From Lachnospiraceae bacterium UBA1721 (lineage in GTDB: Bacteria > Bacillota > Clostridia > Lachnospirales > Lachnospiraceae): a stretch of 64,000 bases of DNA. The position numbers were made by a program, and so were the translations under genes. Below the pieces are notes generated by a model, which was not told where the DNA came from, searched no databases, and worked only from the letters and a program-made list of their open reading frames with translations. Numbering within the stretch: position 1 is the stretch's first letter; each line of letters starts with the position of its first letter. The stretch is from assembly GCA_002317155.1 (NCBI GenBank), contig DCIR01000012.1, forward strand, positions 23,976-87,975, in the 5' to 3' direction. Of the stretch, positions 29,506 to 39,493 are shown piece by piece.

Positions 29506-31683
29506 ATGAAGATCATCAAAAGAAGCGGTGCGGAAGTAGAATTCGACAGTCAGAAAATCATTACCGCGGTTTCCAAGGCTAACCTCACAGTTATCCCCAG
29601 CGACCGTATGTCAGATCTTGAGATTCGCCGAATTGCTGAAGACGTAGAAATCGCTGTATCAAATATGAACAGATCACTCAGCGTGGAAGAAATCCAGGAT
29701 ATCGTTGAGAATCAGATTATGAACCGCCGCGCTTTTGAAGTTGCACGTCACTATATCACCTATCGTTATAAGAGAGAGATGGTTCGTAAGTCTAATACTA
29801 CCGACGAACAGATTCTCAGCCTTATCGAGTGCAATAACGAGGAAGTTAAGCAGGAAAATTCTAACAAGAATCCTACAATCGTTAGCGTACAGCGTGACTA
29901 TATGGCAGGTGAAGTAAGTAAGGATATTACCCGTCGTTTCCTTATTCCCAGCGACATTGCTCAGGCTCATGAGCAGGGACTTATCCACTTCCACGATGCT
30001 GACTATTTTGCTCAGCATATGCATAACTGTGATCTCGTTAACCTCGAGGATATGCTCCAGAACGGAACTGTTATCAGCGGCACCATGATTGAAAAGCCCC
30101 ACAGCTTCTCAACCGCATGTAATATCGCTACACAGATTATCGCTCAGGTTGCTTCATGCCAGTACGGCGGACAGAGTATTTCACTTACTCATCTCGCTCC
30201 CTTTGTAGATATCAGCCGTAAAAAGATTCGCGAGCAGGTAATCACCGAGTTCTCTGCTATCAAGGCTGATATTACTGAAGAAGAAATCAACACCATCACC
30301 GAGAAGCGTCTCCGCGAGGAAGTACGTAACGGTGTTCAGATGGTTCAGTACCAGGTTGTTACCCTTATGACCACCAATGGTCAGGCTCCTTTCGTTACCG
30401 TATTTATGTACCTCAACGAAGCTCGCAACGAGCAGGAAAAGGATGACCTTGCTCTTATCATCGAAGAAATGCTCTGCCAGAGATATCAGGGCGTTAAGAA
30501 TGAGAAGGGTATCTGGATTACACCTGCATTCCCTAAGCTCATCTATGTTCTTGAGGAAGATAATATCCGTGAGGACAGCAAATATTACTATCTCACCAAG
30601 CTCGCTGCAAAGTGTACCGCTAAGCGTCTTGTTCCTGACTACATCTCTGAAAAGATTATGATGCAGAACAAGATCGACAAGAACGGTGAAGGTCACTGCT
30701 ACACCTGCATGGGTTGCAGAAGCTTCCTTACACCTTATGTTGATGAGAACGGCAAGCCTAAGTATTACGGTCGTTTCAATCAGGGTGTTGTTACCGTTAA
30801 CCTTGTTGACATCGGACTTTCAGCAGAAAAGAATCTCGACAGATTCTGGGAAATCTTTGATGACCGCATGAAGCTCTGCCATCGTGCACTTCAGGCTCGT
30901 CACGAAAGACTTAAGGGAACCGTATCCGATGTTGCTCCTATTCTTTGGCAGCACGGTGCTCTCCTTCGTCTTGAAAAGGGTGAGACCATTGACAAGTACC
31001 TTACCGGCGGTTACTCTACTCTCTCACTTGGATATGCAGGTCTTTGGGAGTGCGTATACAGCCTTATCGGCAAAAAGCTTACCGAGCCCCAGGGTGAAGA
31101 GCTTGGTCTTCAGATTATGAAAAAGCTCAACGAGTACACTTCTCGTTGGAAGGCTGAAGAAAATATTGACTACTCTCTCTATGGAACTCCCCTTGAGAGT
31201 ACTACATATAAGTTCGCTAAATGTCTCCAGAAGCGCTTCGGAATTATCCCCGGCGTAACTGACAGAAACTATATCACCAACAGCTATCATGTACATGTAA
31301 CTGAGAACATCGATGCATTTTCAAAGCTTGCTCTCGAGTCTAAGTTCCAGGTACTTTCACCCGGCGGTGCTATCTCTTATGTAGAGGTTCCCAACATGCA
31401 GGGTAACCTTGATGCTGTACTTTCAATCATGCAGTTCATCTATGACCACATCATGTATGCAGAGCTTAACACCAAGAGTGATTACTGCCAGGAATGTGGT
31501 TTCGACGGTGAGATTGAAATCAATGAAAATGAGGACGGCAAGCTGATTTGGAAGTGCCCTAACTGCGGCAACACCGATCAGAACAAGCTCAATGTTGCAA
31601 GACGTACCTGTGGTTACATCGGAACTCAGTTCTGGAATCAGGGACGTACACAGGAAATCAAGGAGCGTGTTCTTCACCTCTAA
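29506..31683 (+). CDS. nrdD: Anaerobic (class III) ribonucleoside-triphosphate reductase with ATP cone
   Basis: IIKRSG ATP cone, MGCRSF, CQECG...CPNCG, RRTCGYIG glycyl-radical motif. Confidence 0.97.
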   Translation: MKIIKRSGAEVEFDSQKIITAVSKANLTVIPSDRMSDLEIRRIAEDVEIAVSNMNRSLSVEEIQDIVENQIMNRRAFEVARHYITYRYKREMVRKSNTTDEQILSLIECNNEEVKQENSNKNPTIVSVQRDYMAGEVSKDITRRFLIPSDIAQAHEQGLIHFHDADYFAQHMHNCDLVNLEDMLQNGTVISGTMIEKPHSFSTACNIATQIIAQVASCQYGGQSISLTHLAPFVDISRKKIREQVITEFSAIKADITEEEINTITEKRLREEVRNGVQMVQYQVVTLMTTNGQAPFVTVFMYLNEARNEQEKDDLALIIEEMLCQRYQGVKNEKGIWITPAFPKLIYVLEEDNIREDSKYYYLTKLAAKCTAKRLVPDYISEKIMMQNKIDKNGEGHCYTCMGCRSFLTPYVDENGKPKYYGRFNQGVVTVNLVDIGLSAEKNLDRFWEIFDDRMKLCHRALQARHERLKGTVSDVAPILWQHGALLRLEKGETIDKYLTGGYSTLSLGYAGLWECVYSLIGKKLTEPQGEELGLQIMKKLNEYTSRWKAEENIDYSLYGTPLESTTYKFAKCLQKRFGIIPGVTDRNYITNSYHVHVTENIDAFSKLALESKFQVLSPGGAISYVEVPNMQGNLDAVLSIMQFIYDHIMYAELNTKSDYCQECGFDGEIEINENEDGKLIWKCPNCGNTDQNKLNVARRTCGYIGTQFWNQGRTQEIKERVLHL

Positions 31684-31723
31684 TTCCTGTATCCGACTCA
31701 TTGATAATCAAGTAAACATAACC

Positions 31724-31756
31724 AAAAGAGCAGACTTAATTGCCTGCTCTTTTTTT
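31724..31756 (+). terminator. Intrinsic terminator-like hairpin between nrdD and nrdG
   Basis: AAAAGAGCAG...CTGCTCTTTTTTT. Confidence 0.75.
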
Positions 31757-31780
31757 CACAGATACCCAAGAGGATAACCT

Positions 31781-32371
31781 ATGTATTACGGTTCATTAAA
31801 AAAGAATGATGTTGCGAACGGCCCCGGAGTCAGAGTTAATCTCTTTGTCAGCGGTTGTACTCACTGTTGCAAAAACTGCTTTAACGAGGAGACCTGGAAG
31901 TTCAACTATGGAGAGCTATACACAGATGCCATCACCGATGAAATAATCGAGTCACTCAAGCCTTCTTACGTGGCCGGCATAACTTTTCTTGGTGGTGAAC
32001 CAATGGAGCCTGCCAATCGCAAAGAAATCTTAAAGCTGGCAGAACAGATTCATCAGCTGTATCCGTACAAAACCATATGGTGCTACACCGGTTACCTCAC
32101 AGAGGAATTACTTGCATCCGCAGGCATTTGGGATTCTGACAGAGTTCCTTCTGTAGAAGAGCTACCCAGGAACAGAGCAATCGACTGCACTTCACCCGCA
32201 TCTGATTCCGAAGAACTGGCTCGCCTTCTTAATCTGATTGATGTGCTGGTTGATGGTGAATTCGTTGATGAAAAAAGAAACCTCATGCTTAAATTCCGTG
32301 GCTCTGAAAACCAGCGACTGGTCAACCTAAAAAAGACGATTGCAGAAGATACAATCGTCCTTTGGGAATAA
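31781..32371 (+). CDS. nrdG: Anaerobic RNR activating radical-SAM enzyme
   Basis: NGPGVR, CTHCCKNC (CxxxCxxC), GGEP, DVLVDG, FRGSENQR. Confidence 0.96.
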   Translation: MYYGSLKKNDVANGPGVRVNLFVSGCTHCCKNCFNEETWKFNYGELYTDAITDEIIESLKPSYVAGITFLGGEPMEPANRKEILKLAEQIHQLYPYKTIWCYTGYLTEELLASAGIWDSDRVPSVEELPRNRAIDCTSPASDSEELARLLNLIDVLVDGEFVDEKRNLMLKFRGSENQRLVNLKKTIAEDTIVLWE

Positions 32372-32407
32372 CTAAATACTCTATGCAATAAAAAATATAC
32401 AAAAATA

Positions 32408-33145
32408 CTAAATGCAATAAAAACCGGTTCCGCCACAGCATAAATTGAGACATATATTAGCAATACACAATCTCACGCACAGATTTGGTCCGCTTCTCGG
32501 AGCATAACCATATGTATTTTGTCTCTGTGCATACCAATTAACACCACTCTCAAGCTGGGTAAGAAATCTCTGATACTCTGCGTTTCCGGGTTCGAGTTCT
32601 ACAGCCTTACGCGCGTGTTCCATTGCTGATACTGTATTGTTCATTCCGGCATGAGCTACAGCACTATAGAAATACCAGCGTGCATTACGCTGTTCCGACT
32701 CCATATTATCCAGGGTAGTTCTGGCCTCTTTATAATAACCGCTTCTAAGATAATTGCCTGCTGCCCTGAGTCTGACATCCTCTTCATAACCGGTATTGGC
32801 ACTTCTATTGCCATATCCGTATTCAAAACCACGACCATTCCAGCTTCCGAATCCCGAGCCAAACGGAGATCCTCCATAACCGGAACCGCCATATCCGGAA
32901 CCGCCGTAGCCTGACCCGCCATAGCCGGATCCGCTGTAGCCTCCGGAATATCCTTCGGTGCGTTCTTTCATAATCTGCTGATAAGCAGCCTGTATCTGCT
33001 TAAACTTTTCTTCAGCAAGCTCCTTATGCGGATTATTCACGTTTGCATCGGGATGATATTTACGACTTAATGCTCTGTATGCTTTTTTTATCTCATCTTC
33101 GGAAGCATTTCTTGACACTCCCAAAATCGAGTAAGGATCCATCAC
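32408..33145 (-). CDS. J-domain protein with GGSGY linker, TPR-like region and Cys-rich C-terminus
   Basis: DPYSILGV...KYHPD, (GGSGY)n linker, C-terminal [16 protein letters not shown]. Confidence 0.88.
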   Translation of the reverse strand: MMDPYSILGVSRNASEDEIKKAYRALSRKYHPDANVNNPHKELAEEKFKQIQAAYQQIMKERTEGYSGGYSGSGYGGSGYGGSGYGGSGYGGSPFGSGFGSWNGRGFEYGYGNRSANTGYEEDVRLRAAGNYLRSGYYKEARTTLDNMESEQRNARWYFYSAVAHAGMNNTVSAMEHARKAVELEPGNAEYQRFLTQLESGVNWYAQRQNTYGYAPRSGPNLCVRLCIANICLNLCCGGTGFYCI

Positions 33146-33975
33146 TTTTTCCTCTTATTTCGTTCAGATTTTACTTCCTCGTATCTGTTCCATACACCTG
33201 AATATAAAATATTCCTGAGTATCTCTGCATTTTCAATGATAGGAAGCATCTCAAACTCACGACAACAGTCGGACATTATCATGGTTAGAATTTCCTGAAC
33301 TCTTTCATCAAAATCTAAATCATTTTTACGTACAATTAAAGGATTGTAATTTTTCTTTTTTATATCCTTTTCCAGATCATCATATGCATCAAGGATATAA
33401 ATAAATCTACCCAAATGATAACCAACGGCTCTCAGATTATCAGTCCACTCATCGTTTTTATAAGCAAATACCTCGCTCATTATTTCGCCGAACAATCCGG
33501 CCATGCCATCGACATCATCACTTTTCTGCGCTTCAAGTTCTGACATTTTGGCGAGCTTATCTTTTATAAATATTTCCTTGTCACTGTACTTTTCCCTAAT
33601 TTTATTACACTTGCAATCCAACAAGTCTCCGTATAACTTTTTGTGAAGCTTCTTCTCGTCTCTCCAGTCATCCTCGCACTTATAGATTGTCAAAAGTACA
33701 TTCATATCTGCCAAATAATCCATAATACCGTTACGACACATAAGATGCTTGCCTATCGGATGCGCTATGCATCGGCAATAACGCATTTCATTTTCCGGCT
33801 CGTACAGAGAAGATAAAAGCAGTGCCGCAAAAGTCATATCAAAAGAAAGTGTCAGCTGCCCGAATGCTCCAAATTCGTTTTTCAGACATCTGCACAATCC
33901 ACAGTAATATGAATGATATACGTCAAATTCTCTGAACTTAAGCTCAGATTTATTTATCGTTATATATCCAAACAT
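33142..33975 (-). CDS. DUF5685-like protein
   Basis: MFGY...YCGLC...DMTF...DAYDDLEKD...NILYSG; overlaps the J-domain gene by 4 nt. Confidence 0.8.
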   Translation of the reverse strand: MFGYITINKSELKFREFDVYHSYYCGLCRCLKNEFGAFGQLTLSFDMTFAALLLSSLYEPENEMRYCRCIAHPIGKHLMCRNGIMDYLADMNVLLTIYKCEDDWRDEKKLHKKLYGDLLDCKCNKIREKYSDKEIFIKDKLAKMSELEAQKSDDVDGMAGLFGEIMSEVFAYKNDEWTDNLRAVGYHLGRFIYILDAYDDLEKDIKKKNYNPLIVRKNDLDFDERVQEILTMIMSDCCREFEMLPIIENAEILRNILYSGVWNRYEEVKSERNKRKK

Positions 33976-33983
33976 ATAATAAA

Positions 33984-34067
33984 TCCTTCTGATAAACTAA
34001 TTGCCATTACATTCTTCTGATAAACTTAATACTATTAAGTCCTTCTGATAAACTGATTGCCGCATTT
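33984..34067. repeat. Degenerate 28-bp tandem repeat x3 (core CTTCTGATAAACT)
   Basis: Identical 13-mers at 33986, 34014 and 34042. Confidence 0.9.
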
Positions 34068-34454
34068 TCTGCATCTTATTTCAATCTTGCCTCTGTGTCT
34101 GGGAAGTCTGAGCTTCTGCTTGCATTGAGGGCACTTAAAAATCTTATAGTTCTGTCTTTCATAGCTGTTCGCACTATTTCTCCTGACAGAATTCATTATT
34201 TTTCCAAACTGTCTTCTTATCCCGGCTGTCATCTTGAGAAATCTCTCATTCTCACGTCTTCGGGCTACAAAATTTCTCGACATCATTCTGTAATATGTCA
34301 CACCAATTAAAAGCAAGGTGGCAATATATACATAGCTGTTAAATATTGAGACAATGCACAGTACCAGACATACCCCCATCAGGAATCTTCCCAATGCGTC
34401 CTGTCCATATCTTCCGTACATAAATCTGACAAGCCAGTTTCTAAATCTATTCAT
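34035..34454 (-). CDS. Membrane protein with C-terminal zinc ribbon
   Basis: YGRYGQD, two TM helices, CPQC...CRKC. Confidence 0.85.
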   Translation of the reverse strand: MNRFRNWLVRFMYGRYGQDALGRFLMGVCLVLCIVSIFNSYVYIATLLLIGVTYYRMMSRNFVARRRENERFLKMTAGIRRQFGKIMNSVRRNSANSYERQNYKIFKCPQCKQKLRLPRHRGKIEIRCRKCGNQFIRRT

Positions 34455-34470
34455 AACACAATACCTCAGA

Positions 34471-34538
34471 AATCCCGAAATCGCTACGCTTGTTTCGGGA
34501 TTGTATCACGGTCGTCAAATACATTCGAACAAGTTCGA
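34471..34538 (-). promoter_or_regulatory. Candidate promoter with two overlapping inverted repeats
   Basis: Minus TGA-TACAAT (-10 at 34505-34500); AATCCCGAAA-N12-TTTCGGGATT (34471-34502); TCGAAC-AA-GTTCGA (34525-34538). Confidence 0.5.
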
Positions 34539-34567
34539 TATATTTTCCTCGTCGTGTACACAAAAAA

Positions 34568-34588
34568 GCAGGGAGAATTTCTCCCTGC
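34568..34588 (-). terminator. Intrinsic terminator
   Basis: GCAGGGAG-N5-CTCCCTGC followed by TTTTTT on the minus strand. Confidence 0.8.
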
Positions 34589-34729
34589 ACTATTATTACC
34601 CATATTCACCGGTACATCAATAAAATAAATATAAAATATCATTAAGAATTTATGTTATTAACAACATTGAGAATCTGTGTACTCAATTATTCATGAAGCG
34701 TGCGTAACTATTTATGAATCCCATGAAAA

Positions 34730-35665
34730 TTACTCATGAAGTCTGTGAATTAATCGGTAAGCTATGTCATACTGTGTCGCAAGAGCACTGTTATGAGCAA
34801 AGAAAACTATACCGTCCGTAGGTGCGGTAATGACCTCTCTAACAGAACCATCACCGGGATCTATGATCTCCGCAAGCTCCATTCCATACCTTACATCATC
34901 TCCGCATTTAACCTTACTGCGGAACAAACCTGCATGATTTATATAAATCTCTGTCATATCCTGCTCATAAATAACATGACTTATATATCCCGAATGGCTC
35001 TCATATCTGATAATTCCCATTCTCTTAAGGAATCGTAAAACTGCAGCTATCGCCTGTCGCGCAGATGTCTCATCTATGCTCTCATTGCAGTTGGTAAACA
35101 ATGTGAATGCACAGGTATTATCATCCTGCCAGTTGTAATTAAGTGTTGTGGTATCGATGGGAAGTGGATGCTTTACTACCACATACGGTAGTCCAAAAAG
35201 ATTGGCAAGTGAAGTATTCTGATATCCTGTCTCCATCATTCGCACGTGAGGAACAAATTCACCTCTCTGATAAAAAGATGTGAACTGAATACCATAGGTA
35301 TAATCCTTAATCTCATCCAAAAGCTTTCCTGACAATCTTGAAACAGGCTCACCGTAATCATTTCCGGGAAAACTTCTGTTAATATCCACGCCTTTTACTC
35401 CGAAGAACTGTCTCTCCACGTTGATTGAATGTGAATTGACATAGGGAATAACCATAATCTGCTTACCGGCAGATACACATCCGTTATTCTCCAGTTCCTT
35501 GAGTGCTCTGACAAGCTGACTACAGATATACATCTGTTGAATCTCGTTACCACGAACCGGCCCAACAATACATGCTGCCTTCTCACCATGTCCGAACTGA
35601 TATCCTTTTATTACCATATCATCACGATACGGCGATACAAGTCTGCTGATTTCTACTTCCTGCAT
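34730..35665 (-). CDS. M14/AstE-AspA family paralogue with degenerate zinc ligands
   Basis: DINRSFPG and a biotinyl-like C-domain are present; HGxE is replaced by RGNE and there is no DxH. Confidence 0.8.
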   Translation of the reverse strand: MQEVEISRLVSPYRDDMVIKGYQFGHGEKAACIVGPVRGNEIQQMYICSQLVRALKELENNGCVSAGKQIMVIPYVNSHSINVERQFFGVKGVDINRSFPGNDYGEPVSRLSGKLLDEIKDYTYGIQFTSFYQRGEFVPHVRMMETGYQNTSLANLFGLPYVVVKHPLPIDTTTLNYNWQDDNTCAFTLFTNCNESIDETSARQAIAAVLRFLKRMGIIRYESHSGYISHVIYEQDMTEIYINHAGLFRSKVKCGDDVRYGMELAEIIDPGDGSVREVITAPTDGIVFFAHNSALATQYDIAYRLIHRLHE

Positions 35666-35694
35666 TAATACACCAATCCTCGATTATTTATTCA

Positions 35695-36699
35695 CTAAAA
35701 CGCATCCGTAAGAATACGCGCCAACAAATCTCCCTCATAAACAACAGGATAAATTCTCTGTGTGAAAAGGAGTCCTGATTTTTCAACGGTAATATCCATA
35801 AGTTTTTTACCACTTATGGGATCTATAAGCTCACCAATTATTTCTCCGGCTTTTACAAAATGATTATGCTCTGTAGTAGGCAGGAAAAGGCCACCCATTT
35901 TACTTCTTACAAACTCTACTGAGCCATCACTCGATATTGCTGGAATATGGGTGCGAGGTCTGGGACCTGTCCACATTCCGAGTTCGCACAAAATATTAAA
36001 AATACCGTCAACTATCTGATGTCCGTAATCTCTGTTAATCTGATGTCCCTGTCCCATTTCAAGCACAAGTGTCGGAACATTCATTATATTCAGCGCATGA
36101 GCCAATGTGGATTCATGCACAGTCGCAGTCGCATTCATCCAAATCATATCTGCATTGGTAAGCTTCGCAAGCGGAAGCAACTGTTCCGCAAATGTATCGC
36201 TCAATCTAACCTGCGGAATCTCTCTTACAAAAATATCACTTGCATGAATATCAATACAGATGTCTGAACCGATAATGCTGTCGATAATCGCACTGCTGAT
36301 TCTGTCAGCATGGTCACCCACTGCATTTCCCGGAAAGCTTCTGTTCATATCCATATGAGTCATCGGATTATTTCTGCTCGCGAGATCGATTCCCAAAGGA
36401 TTAAGCGCAGGATAAATATCTACAATACCTACAAGACATTCCGGATGCTCCTCTATTCTTCTGGCTACCTCATAACAGATATACTGGCCCTCAATCTCAT
36501 CTCCGTGAATACCGCTCACAAGCGACAATCGGCCTGGAGAATTAATCTCAAGCTGAGGCATTATTCTGTTTCTGACAATTTTGACTTTCTCGCCAACAGG
36601 AAGTTCAACTTCCAGAACTGTTTCTATCATCTGTACATCCTCTAAACTAACACGAGCAGGAGATTGGGTCTCCTGCTCGAATATTTCCGCTATTATCAA
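35695..36699 (-). CDS. M14 succinylglutamate desuccinylase/aspartoacylase family metallo-hydrolase
   Basis: GIHGDE, DMNRSFPG, DIHAS, VLEMG. Confidence 0.88.
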   Translation of the reverse strand: MIIAEIFEQETQSPARVSLEDVQMIETVLEVELPVGEKVKIVRNRIMPQLEINSPGRLSLVSGIHGDEIEGQYICYEVARRIEEHPECLVGIVDIYPALNPLGIDLASRNNPMTHMDMNRSFPGNAVGDHADRISSAIIDSIIGSDICIDIHASDIFVREIPQVRLSDTFAEQLLPLAKLTNADMIWMNATATVHESTLAHALNIMNVPTLVLEMGQGHQINRDYGHQIVDGIFNILCELGMWTGPRPRTHIPAISSDGSVEFVRSKMGGLFLPTTEHNHFVKAGEIIGELIDPISGKKLMDITVEKSGLLFTQRIYPVVYEGDLLARILTDAF

Positions 36700-36721
36700 T
36701 AACAGTTATGCATTATTTTAA

Positions 36722-37312
36722 TTATGCATCATTTTCAACACCAAGAGTGCTAAGTATGTATAAGAACTGCTTATCAAGTACATCAGAACTGATTCCGATT
36801 GTCTGTGCAGTAATCTTAAGACCCTCTACGGTGAACATAATATTTCTTGCAGCGTCCAAAGAATTTGAACATACAAATTCTTCGTTCTCAATACCCATCT
36901 CAATAATCTTCTGAAGAACTTTTACAGCCTCATCAAAATCCATTCTGATGACATCGTCCTTCTTGTCGGGGCGTCCTTCAAAGTAGAACTCATACGTTGC
37001 CTTGGCAAGACTGTCCTTCTTTTTAAGAATCTCTTTCTTCTGCTCAACCAGGAACAGAACAAGAATCTCTGCCGCGGTCGACTCCTCGGAAATCTTACCT
37101 CCGAATACATCCTCTCCGCTCTCTTCGTCTGCTTTGATTACTTCCAAGAACAACTGACGGGTGCTGTCAAAATAAAGATAAAGACCACCACGGCTAATCT
37201 CGCAGATATCTACGATATCCTTCATGGTTACAGTCTTATATCCCTTTTCCATGAATACTTCTCTGGCTTTATCTATTATATATTGTTTTTTTCTGGCTGA
37301 TTTATCACCCAT
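36722..37312 (-). CDS. TetR/AcrR family regulator
   Basis: AREVFMEKGYKTVTMKDI...SRGGLYLYF HTH. Confidence 0.92.
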   Translation of the reverse strand: MGDKSARKKQYIIDKAREVFMEKGYKTVTMKDIVDICEISRGGLYLYFDSTRQLFLEVIKADEESGEDVFGGKISEESTAAEILVLFLVEQKKEILKKKDSLAKATYEFYFEGRPDKKDDVIRMDFDEAVKVLQKIIEMGIENEEFVCSNSLDAARNIMFTVEGLKITAQTIGISSDVLDKQFLYILSTLGVENDA

Positions 37313-37338
37313 TTTAACAAAACCCCTTTAACAACGAC

Positions 37339-37812
37339 TTATTGAGCATCTATATTTCTCTCAGCATCCCACTCTGTAACGATCTCATCCATTTTCTCAA
37401 GAACAAGACAGAAAATCTGCTCGGATACTCCCTGGCTCCAAAGAACACCTTTTGTTCTTCCGCCAAGCACATATTTAGAAAAAATGCCCTTTAATACATC
37501 CCACTCTTTATATGTGCAGGCGACAATAGTGTCACGCTCCTGCTCATGAGTAGTGATGCGCTTTCTGGTATATACATAAGGATAATTGCGATCCATCAAC
37601 GCAGAATCAGTTGCCACTCTGATAAAGCTCAAGAGAGTCGAATCATATACCGGAAACGCCAATGTTCCCTCATCGTTTGAATCACCTCTGTACATTGTCA
37701 TAGCTGATGCTGCTGTCGCTTCACGAAGCCAAGGCAGATACTTAAGTAATGGTTCGATATCTGCTTTGTACTGTGTCATGAGATTTTTCATATATTCAAT
37801 ATCATTATCCAT
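37339..37812 (-). CDS. Hypothetical protein
   Basis: Co-oriented ORF; GAGGGAG RBS supports start 37812 (ORF track 37833). Confidence 0.75.
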   Translation of the reverse strand: MDNDIEYMKNLMTQYKADIEPLLKYLPWLREATAASAMTMYRGDSNDEGTLAFPVYDSTLLSFIRVATDSALMDRNYPYVYTRKRITTHEQERDTIVACTYKEWDVLKGIFSKYVLGGRTKGVLWSQGVSEQIFCLVLEKMDEIVTEWDAERNIDAQ

Positions 37813-37868
37813 AGCGTCTCCCTCACAATACATTAGGTGATAGTTATTTAAAAAATGACATAAAAAAC

Positions 37869-37882
37869 TGACACAAGTGTTA
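37869..37882. promoter_or_regulatory. Candidate TetR operator
   Basis: TGACAC-AA-GTGTTA near-palindrome just downstream of a minus-strand TGA-TAGAAT extended -10. Confidence 0.4.
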
Positions 37883-38049
37883 ATATTCTATCATAAAAAA
37901 ACTAAATGTACATATTTTATTAAAAAAATATTAAGAAAAAATTACCGAAAATACACAGTTTTTTTCATATAAACAGTGAAAATACGACATTCGTAGCATA
38001 TTTTCACTATATTTCGATGCAAAATGTTCATCGCTTTTCAGTGCAAAAA

Positions 38050-39423
38050 CTAAGCCTCTGAAGCAATTATGTCAGCTACATAAACACCACTTGCCGACGC
38101 ATGTGACAGTGAGTGAGTAACTCCGCTACCGTCTCCTATAATAAACATTCCGGGATAGTTGCACTCGAGTCTCTCACTGAGCTTAACCTCCATATTGTAG
38201 AACTTAACTTCCACACCATAGAGCAATGTATCATCGTTAGCGGTACCGGGTGCAATTCTATCCAAAGCATAGATCATCTCAATAATTCCATCAAGAATTC
38301 TCTTAGGAAGTACGAGGCTCAAATCACCGGGTGTAGCCGCAAGAGTAGGCTGAACCATACCCTCATTTATTCTCTTCCAGTTACTTCTTCTTCCTCTTTC
38401 AAGATCGCCGAAGCGCTGAACAATTACTCCACCGCCAAGCATGTTTGACAGACGCGCAATACTTTCACCGTATCCGTTACTGTCCTTGAAAGGCTCTGAA
38501 AAATGCTTTGCAACCAAAAGTGCAAAGTTGGTATTGTTAGTCTTCTTCGAGGGATCCTCAAAGCTGTGTCCATTAACGGTAACAATACCATTCGTATTTT
38601 CATTTACAACAATACCATTGGGATTCATACAGAAAGTACGTACGGCATCCTCGAATTTTGCTGTACGATATACTATCTTACTCTCGTAAAGCTTATCTGT
38701 AAGATGAGAGAAAATCTCTGCAGGGATTTCTACGCGCACACCGATATCTACTCGGTTAGAGCTTGTAGGTATATCCATCTTCTTACATACCTGCTCCATC
38801 CACTTACTTCCGCTACGTCCTACAGATACGATGAGCTTGTCACATTCTGCAAACTCACCGTCTCCGTATATAACTCTGTATCCGTCTTCAAGGTGCTCAA
38901 TTTCCTTGACAGGTGTAAGGAATCTGAATTCCACCTTATCCTTAAGCTCGGCATAGAGCTGCTCCAGCACCACATAATTGATATCAGTACCAAGATGACG
39001 AACTGAAGCATCCAAAAGAGTAAGCTTGTTTTGCATGCAAAGCTTCTTGAATTCACTTCCCGCGGTAGAAAACATGTGAGTATTCTCTCCTCCGTGAGAT
39101 ACGTTGATATCATCAACATACTGCATCAGCTCAAGTGCTTTTGCCTTGCCGATATACTCATGAAGGGTACCACCGAAATCGTTTGTAATATTATATTTTC
39201 CATCAGAAAAAGCACCGGCTCCGCCGAAGCCATTCATAATTGCACAAGTAGAACACTTAATGCAGGATTTTACCTTATCTCCGTCAATGGGGCAGTGTCT
39301 TTTCTCAAGCGGAAATCCTGCCTCAAAAACTGCGACCTTAAGCTGAGGAGCTTTTTTTGCAAGCTCGTATGCCGAGAATATACCACCGGGTCCTGCTCCT
39401 ATAATAATTACATCGTATTTCAT
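38050..39423 (-). CDS. NAD(P)/FAD-dependent oxidoreductase
   Basis: IIGAGPGG, GFGGAGAFSDGK, GVEVKFY, IIGDGSG. Confidence 0.88.
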   Translation of the reverse strand: MKYDVIIIGAGPGGIFSAYELAKKAPQLKVAVFEAGFPLEKRHCPIDGDKVKSCIKCSTCAIMNGFGGAGAFSDGKYNITNDFGGTLHEYIGKAKALELMQYVDDINVSHGGENTHMFSTAGSEFKKLCMQNKLTLLDASVRHLGTDINYVVLEQLYAELKDKVEFRFLTPVKEIEHLEDGYRVIYGDGEFAECDKLIVSVGRSGSKWMEQVCKKMDIPTSSNRVDIGVRVEIPAEIFSHLTDKLYESKIVYRTAKFEDAVRTFCMNPNGIVVNENTNGIVTVNGHSFEDPSKKTNNTNFALLVAKHFSEPFKDSNGYGESIARLSNMLGGGVIVQRFGDLERGRRSNWKRINEGMVQPTLAATPGDLSLVLPKRILDGIIEMIYALDRIAPGTANDDTLLYGVEVKFYNMEVKLSERLECNYPGMFIIGDGSGVTHSLSHASASGVYVADIIASEA

Positions 39424-39493
39424 ATTTACCCCTTTAATACATTTAGTTCATCTAATCCCCATTGATGAAATAAACTCTTATATTTATAAATTA

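Noticed and set aside
29506-31683. Intein or intron in nrdD
   Set aside because: The ORF is continuous, of normal length, and has no splicing motifs.
32850-32950. 15-bp degenerate repeats
   Set aside because: They encode the GGSGY linker of the J-domain protein with synonymous variation.
33984-34067. Possible mini-CRISPR (also considered for 44640-44870)
   Set aside because: Repeats are too short, spacers are not unique 30-40-mers, and no cas genes are present.
34525-34538. CGAAC-AA-GTTCG as a LexA box
   Set aside because: The spacer is 2 nt; the Gram-positive SOS box needs 4.
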